In this document: positions 41,344 to 51,461 of the stretch, piece by piece | Layout: each line of letters opens with the position of its first letter | How positions within the stretch are numbered: the stretch's first letter is position 1 | Assembly (NCBI GenBank): GCA_963787125.1 | Contig: CAWBBV010000012.1 | Location: 128,001-192,000 of the forward strand | From: an uncultured delta proteobacterium | GTDB lineage: Bacteria; Desulfobacterota; Desulfuromonadia; Geobacterales; DSM-12255 | DNA length: 64,000 nucleotides | Direction: 5' to 3' | Position numbers and translations under genes: made by a program | The notes under the pieces: generated by a model | The model's input: only the letters and a program-made list of their open reading frames with translations | The model's database searches: none | What the model was told of the DNA's origin: nothing

Positions 41344-42822
41344 ATGAAAATCACCATCAGTAGCGCAAACCCGCTTGAATATTCATCACCGGCCCTGGTT
41401 GTCGGCTGCTTTGAGGACACGAAAGACGAAATATTCGTCAAGTGTGATGCACTGCTGGACGGCTGCCTGGAGCGGATTATGGCCAGCAGGGAGTTCAGGG
41501 GTAAAGCCAAGAGCACACAACTGATTCACACTTTGGGCAGACTGCCTGCAGAGCGGCTGTTACTGGTAGGCCTGGGGAAAAAGGCGGAGCTGAATGATGA
41601 ACGCCTGCGGCAGGCTGCCGGTACCGCCGTGCAGGCGTTGCGGGGCGCACGGGTTGCCTCGTTTACTTCTGTTCTGCATATGGCCGGCAGTGGTGACACG
41701 GCGCTTGAGGCGGTAACGGTGGGGACGCTGCTCGGCAGCTACGCTTTCGAGCAGTATAAGACCAGGGATAAAGATGAGCTCTTCAGTATCGAGGCAATGA
41801 CTTTGCTGCTGCCCAAAGGCACAGATACTACGGAATACCAGGCCAGAATCAGCCGCACCGAGATTATCTGCCAGGGAGTTCAGCTGGCCCGCGATCTGGT
41901 GTCGCAACCGGGCAATGTTGTCACCCCGGGCTATCTGGCAGATACGGCAATGGATCTGGCCGCAAGTTACGGTCTTGAGTGTCGCATATATGAACTGGCC
42001 GAAATGGAAAGTCTGGGGATGAACGCCTTGATAGGAGTGGGGAAGGGGGCGGCTGAAAATCCCCGTATGATTGTGCTGGAGTACCACGGCGCCGGTGCCA
42101 AAGGGAAGCCGGTGGTACTGATCGGCAAAGGGATCACTTTTGACTCCGGTGGTATTTCCATCAAGCCGGGAGCAGGTATGGAGGAGATGAAGACAGATAT
42201 GGCGGGCGCTGCAGCCGTGCTGGGGAGTGTAGCGGCAGCGGCCAGATTAAAATTACCGGTTAATCTCATCGGTATCATTCCCACAGCAGAGAATATGCCA
42301 GACGGCAAGGCCTATAAGCCTGGTGACGTCCTCACCTCCATGTCCGGCACGACCATCGAGATTACCAATACCGATGCCGAAGGGCGGCTGGTTCTGTGTG
42401 ACGCGCTGCATTTTGCCAAGCGGTACAAGCCGACGGTTATGATCGATCTTGCCACTCTGACCGGCGCCTGCGTTGTTGCCTTGGGGCACGAAGCAAGCGG
42501 ACTCATGGGCAATAACCAGCGACTGGTAAATGCTCTGCAGGAATCCGGGGAATGCTGCGGAGAGCGACTCTGGCAGTTGCCACTCTGGGATGAATACGGC
42601 GAGGTCATGAAGAGCGACATTGCCGACCTGAAGAATGCCGGCAGCCGGGACGGAGGCAGTATCACCGCCGGCTGGTTTCTGAAGCAATTCGTCGGTAAAA
42701 CCCCTTGGGCCCATCTGGACATTGCCGGCACAGCCTGGGGTGATAAGAGCCGTCCTTACAGCCCTAAAGGGGCCACAGGCGTCGGAGTGAGACTATTGAT
42801 CGACTATCTGCAGCGTATTTAA
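41344..42822 (+). CDS. pepA: Leucyl aminopeptidase (M17)
   Basis: GKGITFDSGG.SIK, MK.DMAGAA, NTDAEGRL, DLATLTGA, HLDIAG; ATG 41344. Confidence 0.95.
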   Translation: MKITISSANPLEYSSPALVVGCFEDTKDEIFVKCDALLDGCLERIMASREFRGKAKSTQLIHTLGRLPAERLLLVGLGKKAELNDERLRQAAGTAVQALRGARVASFTSVLHMAGSGDTALEAVTVGTLLGSYAFEQYKTRDKDELFSIEAMTLLLPKGTDTTEYQARISRTEIICQGVQLARDLVSQPGNVVTPGYLADTAMDLAASYGLECRIYELAEMESLGMNALIGVGKGAAENPRMIVLEYHGAGAKGKPVVLIGKGITFDSGGISIKPGAGMEEMKTDMAGAAAVLGSVAAAARLKLPVNLIGIIPTAENMPDGKAYKPGDVLTSMSGTTIEITNTDAEGRLVLCDALHFAKRYKPTVMIDLATLTGACVVALGHEASGLMGNNQRLVNALQESGECCGERLWQLPLWDEYGEVMKSDIADLKNAGSRDGGSITAGWFLKQFVGKTPWAHLDIAGTAWGDKSRPYSPKGATGVGVRLLIDYLQRI

Positions 42823-42920
42823 AGAAAGGTGAACATTTGACTAACTTTGCAAACGCAAAACGGGGACGCCGCGCGAGCGACTCCCCAGAGGTGTTATTGT
42901 TTATATTTGAAAGACAAATT

Positions 42921-42948
42921 ACGTCCCATAAGATATATTATGTCAAGT
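42921..42948 (+). other. dif-like XerC/XerD chromosome dimer resolution site
   Basis: ACGTCCCATAA-GATATA-TTATGTCAAGT has the 11-6-11 layout of E. coli GGTGCGCATAA-TGTATA-TTATGTTAAAT; intergenic and at the gene-orientation switch. Confidence 0.85.
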
Positions 42949-42964
42949 TGAAGGTCTGGAAATG

Positions 42965-43001
42965 AAAAGACCAGTAATCTCACAATGAGGCTACTGGTCT
43001 T
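42965..43001 (-). terminator. Terminator downstream of paaK
   Basis: AAGACCAGTA..TACTGGTCTT stem with a T-run on the minus strand. Confidence 0.65.
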
Positions 43002-43022
43002 AAAATCTGTCAGCATGCAAAT

Positions 43023-44324
43023 TTACTGCTTGCGATTATCAATGACCCTTGAAGCTTTGCCTTCGAAACGAGGAATACATTTTGGCTCAACAAGTTTAAC
43101 TGTTACACCCACGCCGATGAGTGTGTGAATCTTGTTCTGGATTTTCTCCATGAAGGCCCTCTGAAGTTTCATCTCATCAAAGAAAATATTTTCCGTCACC
43201 TCAATCTGAATCTCCAGCGTATCAATGCTGTTCTTTCTGTCGACAATAAGCTGGTAATGCGGCTCGCAGCCTTCAATGGCAATGAGAATTTCTTCAATTT
43301 GTGAAGGAAATACGTTGACGCCTTTGATAATCAGCATGTCATCTGTACGTCCCATGGTTTTTTTCATCCGCACATGGGTTCTGCCGCAGCTGCACTTTTC
43401 GTAGTCAAGGCTGGTAATGTCCCTGGTTCGATAGCGGATCATGGGGAATGCTTCTTTGTTAAGGGTAGTTATGACTAATTCGCCAACACTTCCCGGAGGC
43501 AGAACTTCACAGGTATCCGGATCAATTATTTCCGGGATGAAGGCATCCTCAAAGAGATGCATGCCGCACTTGAAGGCACATTCGCCAGCGACACCAGGGC
43601 CGATAACTTCCGACAAACCGTAGTTATCCAGAGCGCTTATTCCGAGGCGGCTCTCAATTTCAGTTCTCATTGCTTCTGACCATGGCTCACCACCGAATAA
43701 GCCGAATTTTAATGAGAGTCTCTTTGGGTCTATGCCGAGCTGTTCCATTCTGTCCGCTATGGTCAGAGCGTAGCTAGGAGTGCTTACCAGGGCAGTTGAA
43801 CGGTAATCTTCCATAATCATAATCTGTTTTTCAGTATTGCCACCACCCATGGGGATGACAGAGGCACCGATAACCTCTGCACCGTAATGGAGCCCGAAAG
43901 CTCCGGTAAACATGCCATAACCAAAAGCAATTTGAACAACATCATCATGGGTGACACCGGCCGAAGTCAGGAATCTGGCAACCAGGTTCGACCAGGTTTT
44001 AATGTCATTTTTGGTATAGCCGACAACAGTAGGTTTGCCGGTAGTGCCGGATGACGAGTGAATCCGGACTACTTCCCGCAGCGGCACGGCAAACATGCCG
44101 TAAGGGTAGTTCAGTCGCAGGTCTTCTTTGGTTGTAAAAGGCAGGCTCGAAAGGTCTGAAAGTGATTGGACAACATCAGGATCTATCCCCTGCTGGTTAA
44201 ATTTATTGCGATAGCAGGTAACGTTTTTGTAGGCACGATGCAGGGTAGCCTGAAGCCGTTCAAGCTGCAGCTGTTCAATGACCTCACGATCCATACATTC
44301 ATACTGTTTGTCCCAGATTTCCAT
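43023..44324 (-). CDS. paaK: Phenylacetate-CoA ligase family protein
   Basis: [46 protein letters not shown] 44324. Confidence 0.93.
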   Translation of the reverse strand: MEIWDKQYECMDREVIEQLQLERLQATLHRAYKNVTCYRNKFNQQGIDPDVVQSLSDLSSLPFTTKEDLRLNYPYGMFAVPLREVVRIHSSSGTTGKPTVVGYTKNDIKTWSNLVARFLTSAGVTHDDVVQIAFGYGMFTGAFGLHYGAEVIGASVIPMGGGNTEKQIMIMEDYRSTALVSTPSYALTIADRMEQLGIDPKRLSLKFGLFGGEPWSEAMRTEIESRLGISALDNYGLSEVIGPGVAGECAFKCGMHLFEDAFIPEIIDPDTCEVLPPGSVGELVITTLNKEAFPMIRYRTRDITSLDYEKCSCGRTHVRMKKTMGRTDDMLIIKGVNVFPSQIEEILIAIEGCEPHYQLIVDRKNSIDTLEIQIEVTENIFFDEMKLQRAFMEKIQNKIHTLIGVGVTVKLVEPKCIPRFEGKASRVIDNRKQ

Positions 44325-44342
44325 AAAACCTCCGTAGAAAGG

Positions 44343-44422
44343 CAGGTAAAGGTATTCGTTCGCTTTGCTCACAGATAGAGGTAAAAAAAACCGGACTTCA
44401 CCTTTACCTCTACCTTTACCTG
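44343..44422. repeat. Hexamer (ACCTYT) tandem and inverted repeat in the livF-paaK spacer
   Basis: ACCTTTACCTCTACCTTTACCT at 44400-44421; complementary CAGGTAAAGGTA (44343-44354) and TAGAGGTAAA (44376-44385). Confidence 0.6.
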
Positions 44423-44427
44423 GGTTT

Positions 44428-45171
44428 TTAACGCTCCCAGATATCTTTCTTTTCTTTGCCTAGATATGCCCGTTGTACTTCCGGATTTTCCAGCATGGCG
44501 GCGGCATTACCTTCAAGAATAATTTTGCCGGTCTCAAGGACATAGGCACGATCAGCCATTTTAAGCGCAGCCTTTGCATTCTGCTCTACAAGCAGGATTG
44601 TTGTCCCTTTGTCACTGCGTAAATGCTCTATAACTGCAAATATCTCCTGGACAATAAGTGGCGCAAGCCCCATTGACGGCTCGTCAAGCAGCAGAAGTTT
44701 AGGTCGTGCCATTAGAGCCCTGCCGATCGCAAGCATCTGCTGTTCTCCGCCGGAGAGAGTCCCTGCCATCTGTTTCTTTCGTTCTTCCAGCCTGGGGAAA
44801 AGTTCATAAATCTGCTTCATATCGGATTTTATCAGCTCTTTTGGTTCTCGAGCGGTTATCCGCAGGTAAGCGCCGAGTTCGAGATTGTCGGCAACTGAGA
44901 GGCCTTTAAACACCTGACGCCCTTCAGGAACCTGAGAAATGCCGATCTTGACAACCCTGTCCGGCGGCAGACCCTCAACATCCGTGCCTGCAAACTGGAT
45001 ACTGCCGCTTCTTTGAGGAGTAACTCCCGACAGAGTATTAAGTATCGTGGTTTTACCGGCTCCATTGGCGCCGATAAGAGCGACAATTTCTCTCTCAGAC
45101 AGATGAAGGGAAACATTTTTCAGGGCATGTACCTTGCCATAATAGGTGTTGATGTTTTTGACTTTTAGCAC
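44428..45171 (-). CDS. livF: HAAT-family ABC transporter ATP-binding protein
   Basis: [33 protein letters not shown]. Confidence 0.92.
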   Translation of the reverse strand: MLKVKNINTYYGKVHALKNVSLHLSEREIVALIGANGAGKTTILNTLSGVTPQRSGSIQFAGTDVEGLPPDRVVKIGISQVPEGRQVFKGLSVADNLELGAYLRITAREPKELIKSDMKQIYELFPRLEERKKQMAGTLSGGEQQMLAIGRALMARPKLLLLDEPSMGLAPLIVQEIFAVIEHLRSDKGTTILLVEQNAKAALKMADRAYVLETGKIILEGNAAAMLENPEVQRAYLGKEKKDIWER

Positions 45172-45180
45172 ACTGCTACC

Positions 45181-45933
45181 CTACCCCTCACCCAGATATG
45201 CGGAGATAACGGCCTGATTCTCCTGTATTTCCCGCGGAGTGCCCTCTGCCAACTTGCGCCCGAGATTAAGTACAATAATCCGGTCGCAAATATCCATGAC
45301 CAGCTCCATGTCGTGCTCAACCAGTACTATTGACACCCCTGTATCACGGATCTTCTTGATTAGTAGAGCAAGCTCGGCTGTCTCCCTGTTATTAAGCCCG
45401 GCAGCCGGCTCATCCATAAGCATAATTGACGGGTTGACTGCCATTGCTCTCGCAATCTCCAGCATCCGCCCTTTGCCAAAAGGGAGGTTCGCCGCGATCT
45501 GTGCAGAAAGATCAGATATCCCGCAGAAATCAAGCCACCTGGAGGCCTCTTCCCGGATAAACCGCTCTTCACGTAAATGCCATGGCAGCTTGAACATGCA
45601 GGCGAGTATGCCGCTGCGGCTTCTGGTATGCATGCCAATCATCACGTTTTCCAGAACGGTCATATTTCCAAAAAGCTCAATATTCTGAAAGGTCCTGACA
45701 AGTCCTTTAGCCGCCAGTTTCTCAGCAGGCAGTGCCGATATTTCAGAGTTATTGAGGAAAACCGAACCTGATGTCTGGAAGTAAATGCCGGTAATAATGT
45801 TGAAAAGAGTGGTTTTACCGGCGCCATTCGGGCCGATCACTCCGGTGATATCCCCTTTTGCAACATTAAAAGAGATGTTTTCCAGTGCAGTTATGCCACC
45901 AAAACGCTGGGTCAATTCCCTTATTTCAAGCAT
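45181..45933 (-). CDS. livG: HAAT-family ABC transporter ATP-binding protein
   Basis: GPNGAGKTT, RTFQN, DEPAAGL, EHDM, AYLG. Confidence 0.92.
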   Translation of the reverse strand: MLEIRELTQRFGGITALENISFNVAKGDITGVIGPNGAGKTTLFNIITGIYFQTSGSVFLNNSEISALPAEKLAAKGLVRTFQNIELFGNMTVLENVMIGMHTRSRSGILACMFKLPWHLREERFIREEASRWLDFCGISDLSAQIAANLPFGKGRMLEIARAMAVNPSIMLMDEPAAGLNNRETAELALLIKKIRDTGVSIVLVEHDMELVMDICDRIIVLNLGRKLAEGTPREIQENQAVISAYLGEG

Positions 45934-46909
45934 CAGGGAGCACCTTTTTTCCATATCTGGCACGAAAGGCTGAAAAAACTGCAGGAATCCCCTTTACCAG
46001 TCCGCCCGGCATGAACATGGTCATAAGGACAAGCAGCAGACCATAGACAATAATGTCATAATCCTGAAAAGCGCGGAGAAGCTCCGGAAGGATGGTGAGG
46101 AGTGCTGCCCCCAGTAGTGAGCCGTAGACACTGGCAAGACCGCCGATAATAACCATGGTTACGAGCTCTACTGAAAAATTGAACCCAAAAGAGGCCGGGG
46201 CAATAAAGGTCATTGTATGCGCATACAGACTGCCGGCAACAGCTGATAAACCGGCTGACAGAGCAAAGATCTGGACTTTAAGGATTCTGGCATTGACGCC
46301 CATGACACGCGCAGCAACCTCCGAATCGTTAATTGCCCGCAGCCCCCTGCCGATCCTTGAGTGGACAAGATTGAGTGAAAGACCCATGGCGAGGAGAGTG
46401 AAAGCCCAGATCAGATAATAATTTCTGATATCGTTGTCAAATTTAAAACCGAAAATGCTGAGGTTCGGGATTCCGGAGAGACCGGATGGTCCACCAGTCT
46501 GGTCTAGTGCTTCATTGAAAATGATGTAGATAATTATGCCCAGCCCCAGAGTTGCCATAGCCAGGTAGTGTCCTTTGAGTTTCAAGATAGGAAACCCGAC
46601 CACAAAGGCAAGAAGCGTTACTGTGACAGCCGCAGCCAACATGGCAAGCCACGGGTTGATTCCATGGGTAGCCGTCAGAATAGCGGAGATATACGCGCCA
46701 AGACCGAAAAATCCTGCCTGTCCAAGCGATATCTGGCCGGCATAACCGAGGAGAAGATTTAGTGCCAGGGCGAGGATCGTATGAATGCCGACAAAAACCA
46801 TAACATTAAGCAGATAACCTTCGTGGACAAGAGTTGGCGCTAACAGGACTATAATGACCAGAATTATGAATTTGACTATTTCTCTATAGGCTGAAAGCAT
46901 GTCAGACAC
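45926..46909 (-). CDS. livM: HAAT-family ABC transporter permease
   Basis: LGYAGQISLG, Y.AMATLG, TGG..G; multiple TM segments. Confidence 0.9.
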   Translation of the reverse strand: MSDMLSAYREIVKFIILVIIVLLAPTLVHEGYLLNVMVFVGIHTILALALNLLLGYAGQISLGQAGFFGLGAYISAILTATHGINPWLAMLAAAVTVTLLAFVVGFPILKLKGHYLAMATLGLGIIIYIIFNEALDQTGGPSGLSGIPNLSIFGFKFDNDIRNYYLIWAFTLLAMGLSLNLVHSRIGRGLRAINDSEVAARVMGVNARILKVQIFALSAGLSAVAGSLYAHTMTFIAPASFGFNFSVELVTMVIIGGLASVYGSLLGAALLTILPELLRAFQDYDIIVYGLLLVLMTMFMPGGLVKGIPAVFSAFRARYGKKVLPDA

Positions 46910-47780
46910 GCTCTGTCTGGGCTTTACCGAATAGCCCCTGCGGTCTTATAAAGAGAATCAAGAGGAGTATGATAAAGGCGATTGCATCTTTATAGCCTGA
47001 AGATATCAGTCCTGCGCCAAGCGATTCAAGAACCCCCAGGATCAGACCACCAAGAACAGTTGCAATCCCTCCGGAAAGCCCTCCAATGATCGCGGCACAG
47101 AAACCTTTCAAGCCGAGCATGATGCCCACATCATATGAGGTCATGGTAAGCGGTGCGACTATAATACCTGCAAGTGAGCCGAGCGCAGCACTTATGGCAA
47201 ATGAGTAGAGCACCATTTTTCGGACATCAATGCCCACAAGGCCGGCAGCACGACGATTGACTGCACAGGCTCTCATTGCTTTGCCAGTTATTGTGTATTG
47301 AAAGAAAAGCTTGTTGAGTGATATGGCCAGGGCTGTAAGAGCAAAAATCCAGAGGTGTTGGGGAAGAATGGTCGCAGTGCCGATAAAAATTGGTTCGCTG
47401 CCGGAAAACGCCGGGATAGAATGGGTATCTTTGCCACCGATCATCATTGTCAGGCCACGTATGAGAATACTCCCTCCTATCGTTATAATGATAAGCGTAA
47501 GGTGGGTAGGCGATTTCAAAGGTCTGATGGTCAGTCTTTCAAAAAGGACACCGACTGCTGTTGAAGCAGTAACTGCAAAAACAATCGCCAATGGCAGAGG
47601 AAGAAATTTTAAAAAGAAGAGCGTGAACATACCCCCCAGCATTACCAGTTCACCCTGGGCAAAATTGATTATTTCGGTTGAATTGTAAATGATAGCGAAA
47701 CCTATGCCAATAAGCGCGTAAATTGCGCCAGTTGAAAGGCCTGATACCAGGTATTGTGCTATTTGATCGGAAAGTTCCAT
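46902..47780 (-). CDS. livH: HAAT-family ABC transporter permease
   Basis: GAIYALI.IG, INFAQGE, GKAMRA, RPQGLFG. Confidence 0.9.
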   Translation of the reverse strand: MELSDQIAQYLVSGLSTGAIYALIGIGFAIIYNSTEIINFAQGELVMLGGMFTLFFLKFLPLPLAIVFAVTASTAVGVLFERLTIRPLKSPTHLTLIIITIGGSILIRGLTMMIGGKDTHSIPAFSGSEPIFIGTATILPQHLWIFALTALAISLNKLFFQYTITGKAMRACAVNRRAAGLVGIDVRKMVLYSFAISAALGSLAGIIVAPLTMTSYDVGIMLGLKGFCAAIIGGLSGGIATVLGGLILGVLESLGAGLISSGYKDAIAFIILLLILFIRPQGLFGKAQTERV

Positions 47781-47878
47781 TAGGGTGAGTTTCTCAGACT
47801 TAAACAGGCACCCCTCCGCAATAAAAGGAGAGCTGCCTGTTCAAGCTTCTATGGTAAGTGCTTCGCTAACTGACTAAT

Positions 47879-49015
47879 TTATTTGGCTATTTCCCAATCA
47901 CCCTTGACAATTTTAACCATCTCGAAAGCGTTGAGATCAAGGCCATTATGGTCTGCAGGGCTCATATTGTAAATCCCCGAGATTGAAACCAGCTTCTTGA
48001 CTCCTTCAAGACCGTCACGAATCTGCTCGGGAGAAGATCCTTTTTTGAGGGCATCGGTCAGCAAGAGAAAAGAGTCATAAGCGTAGCCGCCGAAAGTTGA
48101 CGCCTCTACAGAATAACTGTTTTTATAAGCCTGGTCATAATCCTTGAGAAGCTTAAACTGTGGATCGTTCTTCTTTAGCTTATCGAAAATAGCGAGTTTG
48201 CCAGCTGGGAGCAGAACCCCTTCAGCATTTTCATTGCCGGCAAGTTCAATATATTTTTTGGAAGCAACACCATGACTCTGATAAAGCGGAATTTTAATGC
48301 CGAGTTGCTTTACATTCTTGGTAACCATTGCCGGCCCGGGATTTGTCCCCCAGCAGATGATAGCGTCGGCTTTGCTTCCCTTTATTTTTGTAAGCTGTGC
48401 AGTCATATCAGTGTCTTTGGGGCCATAAGTCTCATCAGCCGCAATAGTTATCCCTTTCTTTTTAGCCATATCTTTCAGCTGCTCACGCCCGGAAGCACCG
48501 AACCCGTCCGTAACGGTCAGGAGGGCTACACTCTTCTGTTTTTTTGCTATCATGTAGTTAAAAATCTTCTCAGCTGCAACATGATCATTTGCAGGAGTTT
48601 TGAATACATACTTTTTTACCGGATCTATAATCTTGATTCCGGCGGCGCAGGAGATGAGCGGAATTTTCTCTTTCTCGGCAATCGGAATTACAGCCATAGT
48701 TTCGCCGGTCGTACTTGGGCCGATAATGACTGACACCTTATCATTTTTGATTAACTTGGTGGCCAGTTGGACAGCCTTGGTAGCATCACCTTGCGTGTCA
48801 TAAACAACAAGTTCCAGTTTATGCCCTTTTATGCCGCCTTTAGCATTTGCCTCTTTTACCAGCAACTCGAGAGTATTGCGTTCGGGTTCTCCGAGGAAAG
48901 ATGCCGGGCCGGTAACAGCAAAGAGCGCACCGATTCTGATTGGTTCAGCGGCTAATGCTGAAACAGCGAAAAGCATTGAAACTGTAAAGATTATAAATGT
49001 TCTGAGTCTGGTCAT
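47879..49015 (-). CDS. livK: HAAT-family ABC transporter substrate-binding protein
   Basis: Signal peptide, IRIG....TGP...LG, N.KGGI.G; first gene of the permease/ATPase set. Confidence 0.85.
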   Translation of the reverse strand: MTRLRTFIIFTVSMLFAVSALAAEPIRIGALFAVTGPASFLGEPERNTLELLVKEANAKGGIKGHKLELVVYDTQGDATKAVQLATKLIKNDKVSVIIGPSTTGETMAVIPIAEKEKIPLISCAAGIKIIDPVKKYVFKTPANDHVAAEKIFNYMIAKKQKSVALLTVTDGFGASGREQLKDMAKKKGITIAADETYGPKDTDMTAQLTKIKGSKADAIICWGTNPGPAMVTKNVKQLGIKIPLYQSHGVASKKYIELAGNENAEGVLLPAGKLAIFDKLKKNDPQFKLLKDYDQAYKNSYSVEASTFGGYAYDSFLLLTDALKKGSSPEQIRDGLEGVKKLVSISGIYNMSPADHNGLDLNAFEMVKIVKGDWEIAK

Positions 49016-49031
49016 TTTATCCCCCTATTGG

Positions 49032-49463
49032 TTACATACCGTATAGTTGTTCGCCATCGAGTATATTAAAACCTTTTTGACTTAGCGCTTTAATAGCCTT
49101 GTCTGTGTCGTCGAAGCGGAAAATTATGACTGCATTAGCGCCACATCTTTCCACAAAAGCATACATGTATTCAATATTAATGGAGTCTTTATCAAGTATA
49201 TGGAGAATGCTGGCCAGTCCACCCGGCTGATCAGGAACCTCTACTGCCACAACTTCTGTCTTGTTGACAGTAAAACCCTTAGCCTTTAAAGCACTAATCG
49301 CTTTTTCACAGTCATTGACGATGAGGCGGAGTATACCAAAATCAGAGGTATCTGCAAGCGATAGGGCCCTGATGTTAACACCGGCAAAGCCGAGAACAGT
49401 GGTTACCTCTGCAAGTCTCCCTGACTTGTTCTCGATAAAAATGGAGATCTGTTCAACTTTCAT
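49032..49463 (-). CDS. ACT domain protein
   Basis: [35 protein letters not shown] 49463. Confidence 0.88.
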   Translation of the reverse strand: MKVEQISIFIENKSGRLAEVTTVLGFAGVNIRALSLADTSDFGILRLIVNDCEKAISALKAKGFTVNKTEVVAVEVPDQPGGLASILHILDKDSINIEYMYAFVERCGANAVIIFRFDDTDKAIKALSQKGFNILDGEQLYGM

Positions 49464-49531
49464 GGCTCCCCCAGCCCTGATAAACAGGATAAGTGCGTTG
49501 TAGCAGTTGATTACTGTCAACAGCTTACATA

Positions 49532-50842
49532 CTAAAGTTTACGATTATCGATGACTCGTTTGGCTTTTCCTTCGCTGCGCTGAATTGTTTTAGGTTCCAC
49601 AAGTTTTACACTACAGGTGACACCAAGCATATCTTTAATCTCTTTCTCAATTCGCCGTGCAAGCAGCTGCAGCACCTTAACTTCGTCAGAAAATATGTTC
49701 TCGTCAACTTCTACCTGAATCTGGAGCGTATCAAGGTTCTCTTTGCGATCGACGATAAGCAGATAATGTGGTTCAACGCCTTCAATTCTGACAAGGATTG
49801 ATTCAATTTGTGAAGGAAAGACATTCACACCGCGAATGATGAGCATATCATCAGAGCGTCCGGAAAGACGCGATATTCGTGCGTGTGTTCTGCCGCAGAC
49901 ACAAGGCTCGTAAGTGATACTGGTGATATCTCTGGTTCTGTAGCGGATAAGGGGGATCCCCTGCTTGGTAATGGTTGTAATTACCAGTTCACCTTTTTCC
50001 CCTGCCGGCAGCAGTTCACAGGTCACAGGGTTGATTATTTCCGGAATAAAATGATCTTCCCAGATATGCAGACCGCATTTACCTTCATAGCACTCTTGGG
50101 CGACGCCTGGTCCCATTATTTCTGAAAGCCCGTAAATATCGAGGGCGGTCAGGTTGAGTTTTCTTTCGATCTCACCACGCATAGCTTCAGACCATGGTTC
50201 AGCACCAAAAATGCCGACGCGCAGTTTGAAGTTTTTGAAATCAAGACCTTCTGCCCTTGCCTCTTCAGCCATGAAAAGAGCATATGAAGGCGTACAGGTA
50301 ATAACTGTTGAACCGAAATCCTGCATTATCATCAGTTGGCGGGCGGTATTGCCGCCGGATATGGGGATTACTGATGCCCCCAGTCGTTCAGCGCCGTTAT
50401 GAACTCCAAGACCACCGGTAAAAAGCCCATAACCGTAAGCGTTGTGAATTATGTCACCCTTGTGAGCGCCGGCAGTAACAAGGGTTCTTGCCATAAGATC
50501 AGCCCAGTTTTCGATATCCTTCTTTGTATAGCCGACAACGGTAGGTTTGCCTGTTGTCCCGCTGGAAGCGTGAATCCTGACAATCTCCTCCATCGGTGCA
50601 GCAAAGAGTGCGTAAGGGTATGAATCCCTCATATCCTGTTTGGTTGTAAAAGGGAGCCTTTGCAGGTCGGATAGTGATGTTATCGACTCGGGCCTTATAC
50701 CGGCTGAGTCAAAAGAGTTGCGATAAAACGGCACGTTACTGTACACTCTTTCAACAACAGATTTAAGGCGCATAAGTTGCAGAGCTTCAATAGCTACCCT
50801 TGGAAGCGTCTCAAATTCTTCGTTAAAATAGCTTGCCACCAT
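49532..50842 (-). CDS. paaK: Phenylacetate-CoA ligase family protein (second paralog)
   Basis: [39 protein letters not shown]. Confidence 0.93.
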   Translation of the reverse strand: MVASYFNEEFETLPRVAIEALQLMRLKSVVERVYSNVPFYRNSFDSAGIRPESITSLSDLQRLPFTTKQDMRDSYPYALFAAPMEEIVRIHASSGTTGKPTVVGYTKKDIENWADLMARTLVTAGAHKGDIIHNAYGYGLFTGGLGVHNGAERLGASVIPISGGNTARQLMIMQDFGSTVITCTPSYALFMAEEARAEGLDFKNFKLRVGIFGAEPWSEAMRGEIERKLNLTALDIYGLSEIMGPGVAQECYEGKCGLHIWEDHFIPEIINPVTCELLPAGEKGELVITTITKQGIPLIRYRTRDITSITYEPCVCGRTHARISRLSGRSDDMLIIRGVNVFPSQIESILVRIEGVEPHYLLIVDRKENLDTLQIQVEVDENIFSDEVKVLQLLARRIEKEIKDMLGVTCSVKLVEPKTIQRSEGKAKRVIDNRKL

Positions 50843-50879
50843 CCCCTCCTAAACACTGATAAACAAAAGAGTGCATTAC

Positions 50880-51458
50880 TTAAAGTGTTCGTCCGGACTC
50901 GAATGCCCGCAGATTAAGATCAAGGGCTTTTGCAGGCACCATTTTCTGGAGAGCTTGCTGCCAGACACTATTGTCAAGTTGAAGATGCTTTGAAACGGTT
51001 CCAAGGAGAACTGTATTGGCAACCCGCGGATTACCGATTGCTGTAGCGATCTTCAAGCCGTCAACAAGTTGAAAGTCCGGAAATCGTGCTGTGATAGCCG
51101 CTTCGAGATGATCCGGATAGCGCTCCTGGCCAAGAAGAACCGAGGGTGGCTGAATGCGGAAATTGTTTGCAATAATCTTGGCGCCAGGGCGGAGTAGATT
51201 CAGATAACGACTGGTTTCCAGAAGTTCGAATCCGAAGAGAATATCCCCCTCTCCTTCAGGCACAACAGGAGAAAAAACCTCTTTGCCAAAGCGAACATGA
51301 GAGACAACACTACCGCCACGCTGGGACATCCCATGAATCTCACTTTTTTTAACGTCAAAACCGGCAATCATGAACGCTTCCGCCAGAATCTCTGAAGCAA
51401 GCAGGATACCCTGGCCGCCAACACCAACCAGCAGAATGTTTGTAATAGAATTAGCCAT
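50880..51458 (-). CDS. iorB: Indolepyruvate:ferredoxin oxidoreductase beta subunit
   Basis: GVGGQG, SEIHGMSQRGGSV. Confidence 0.92.
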   Translation of the reverse strand: MANSITNILLVGVGGQGILLASEILAEAFMIAGFDVKKSEIHGMSQRGGSVVSHVRFGKEVFSPVVPEGEGDILFGFELLETSRYLNLLRPGAKIIANNFRIQPPSVLLGQERYPDHLEAAITARFPDFQLVDGLKIATAIGNPRVANTVLLGTVSKHLQLDNSVWQQALQKMVPAKALDLNLRAFESGRTL

Positions 51459-51461
51459 TAA

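Noticed and set aside
42849..42887. c-di-GMP-I riboswitch-like words GCAAAC..GGGACGC
   Set aside because: The two-hairpin architecture is absent and the site is downstream of pepA; it is a simple GC hairpin.
30098..42920. Xer-integrated element (IMEX) bounded by two dif sites
   Set aside because: No second convincing 11-6-11 site found by eye; the TTATATAAGG near 31211 lacks a matching XerC arm.
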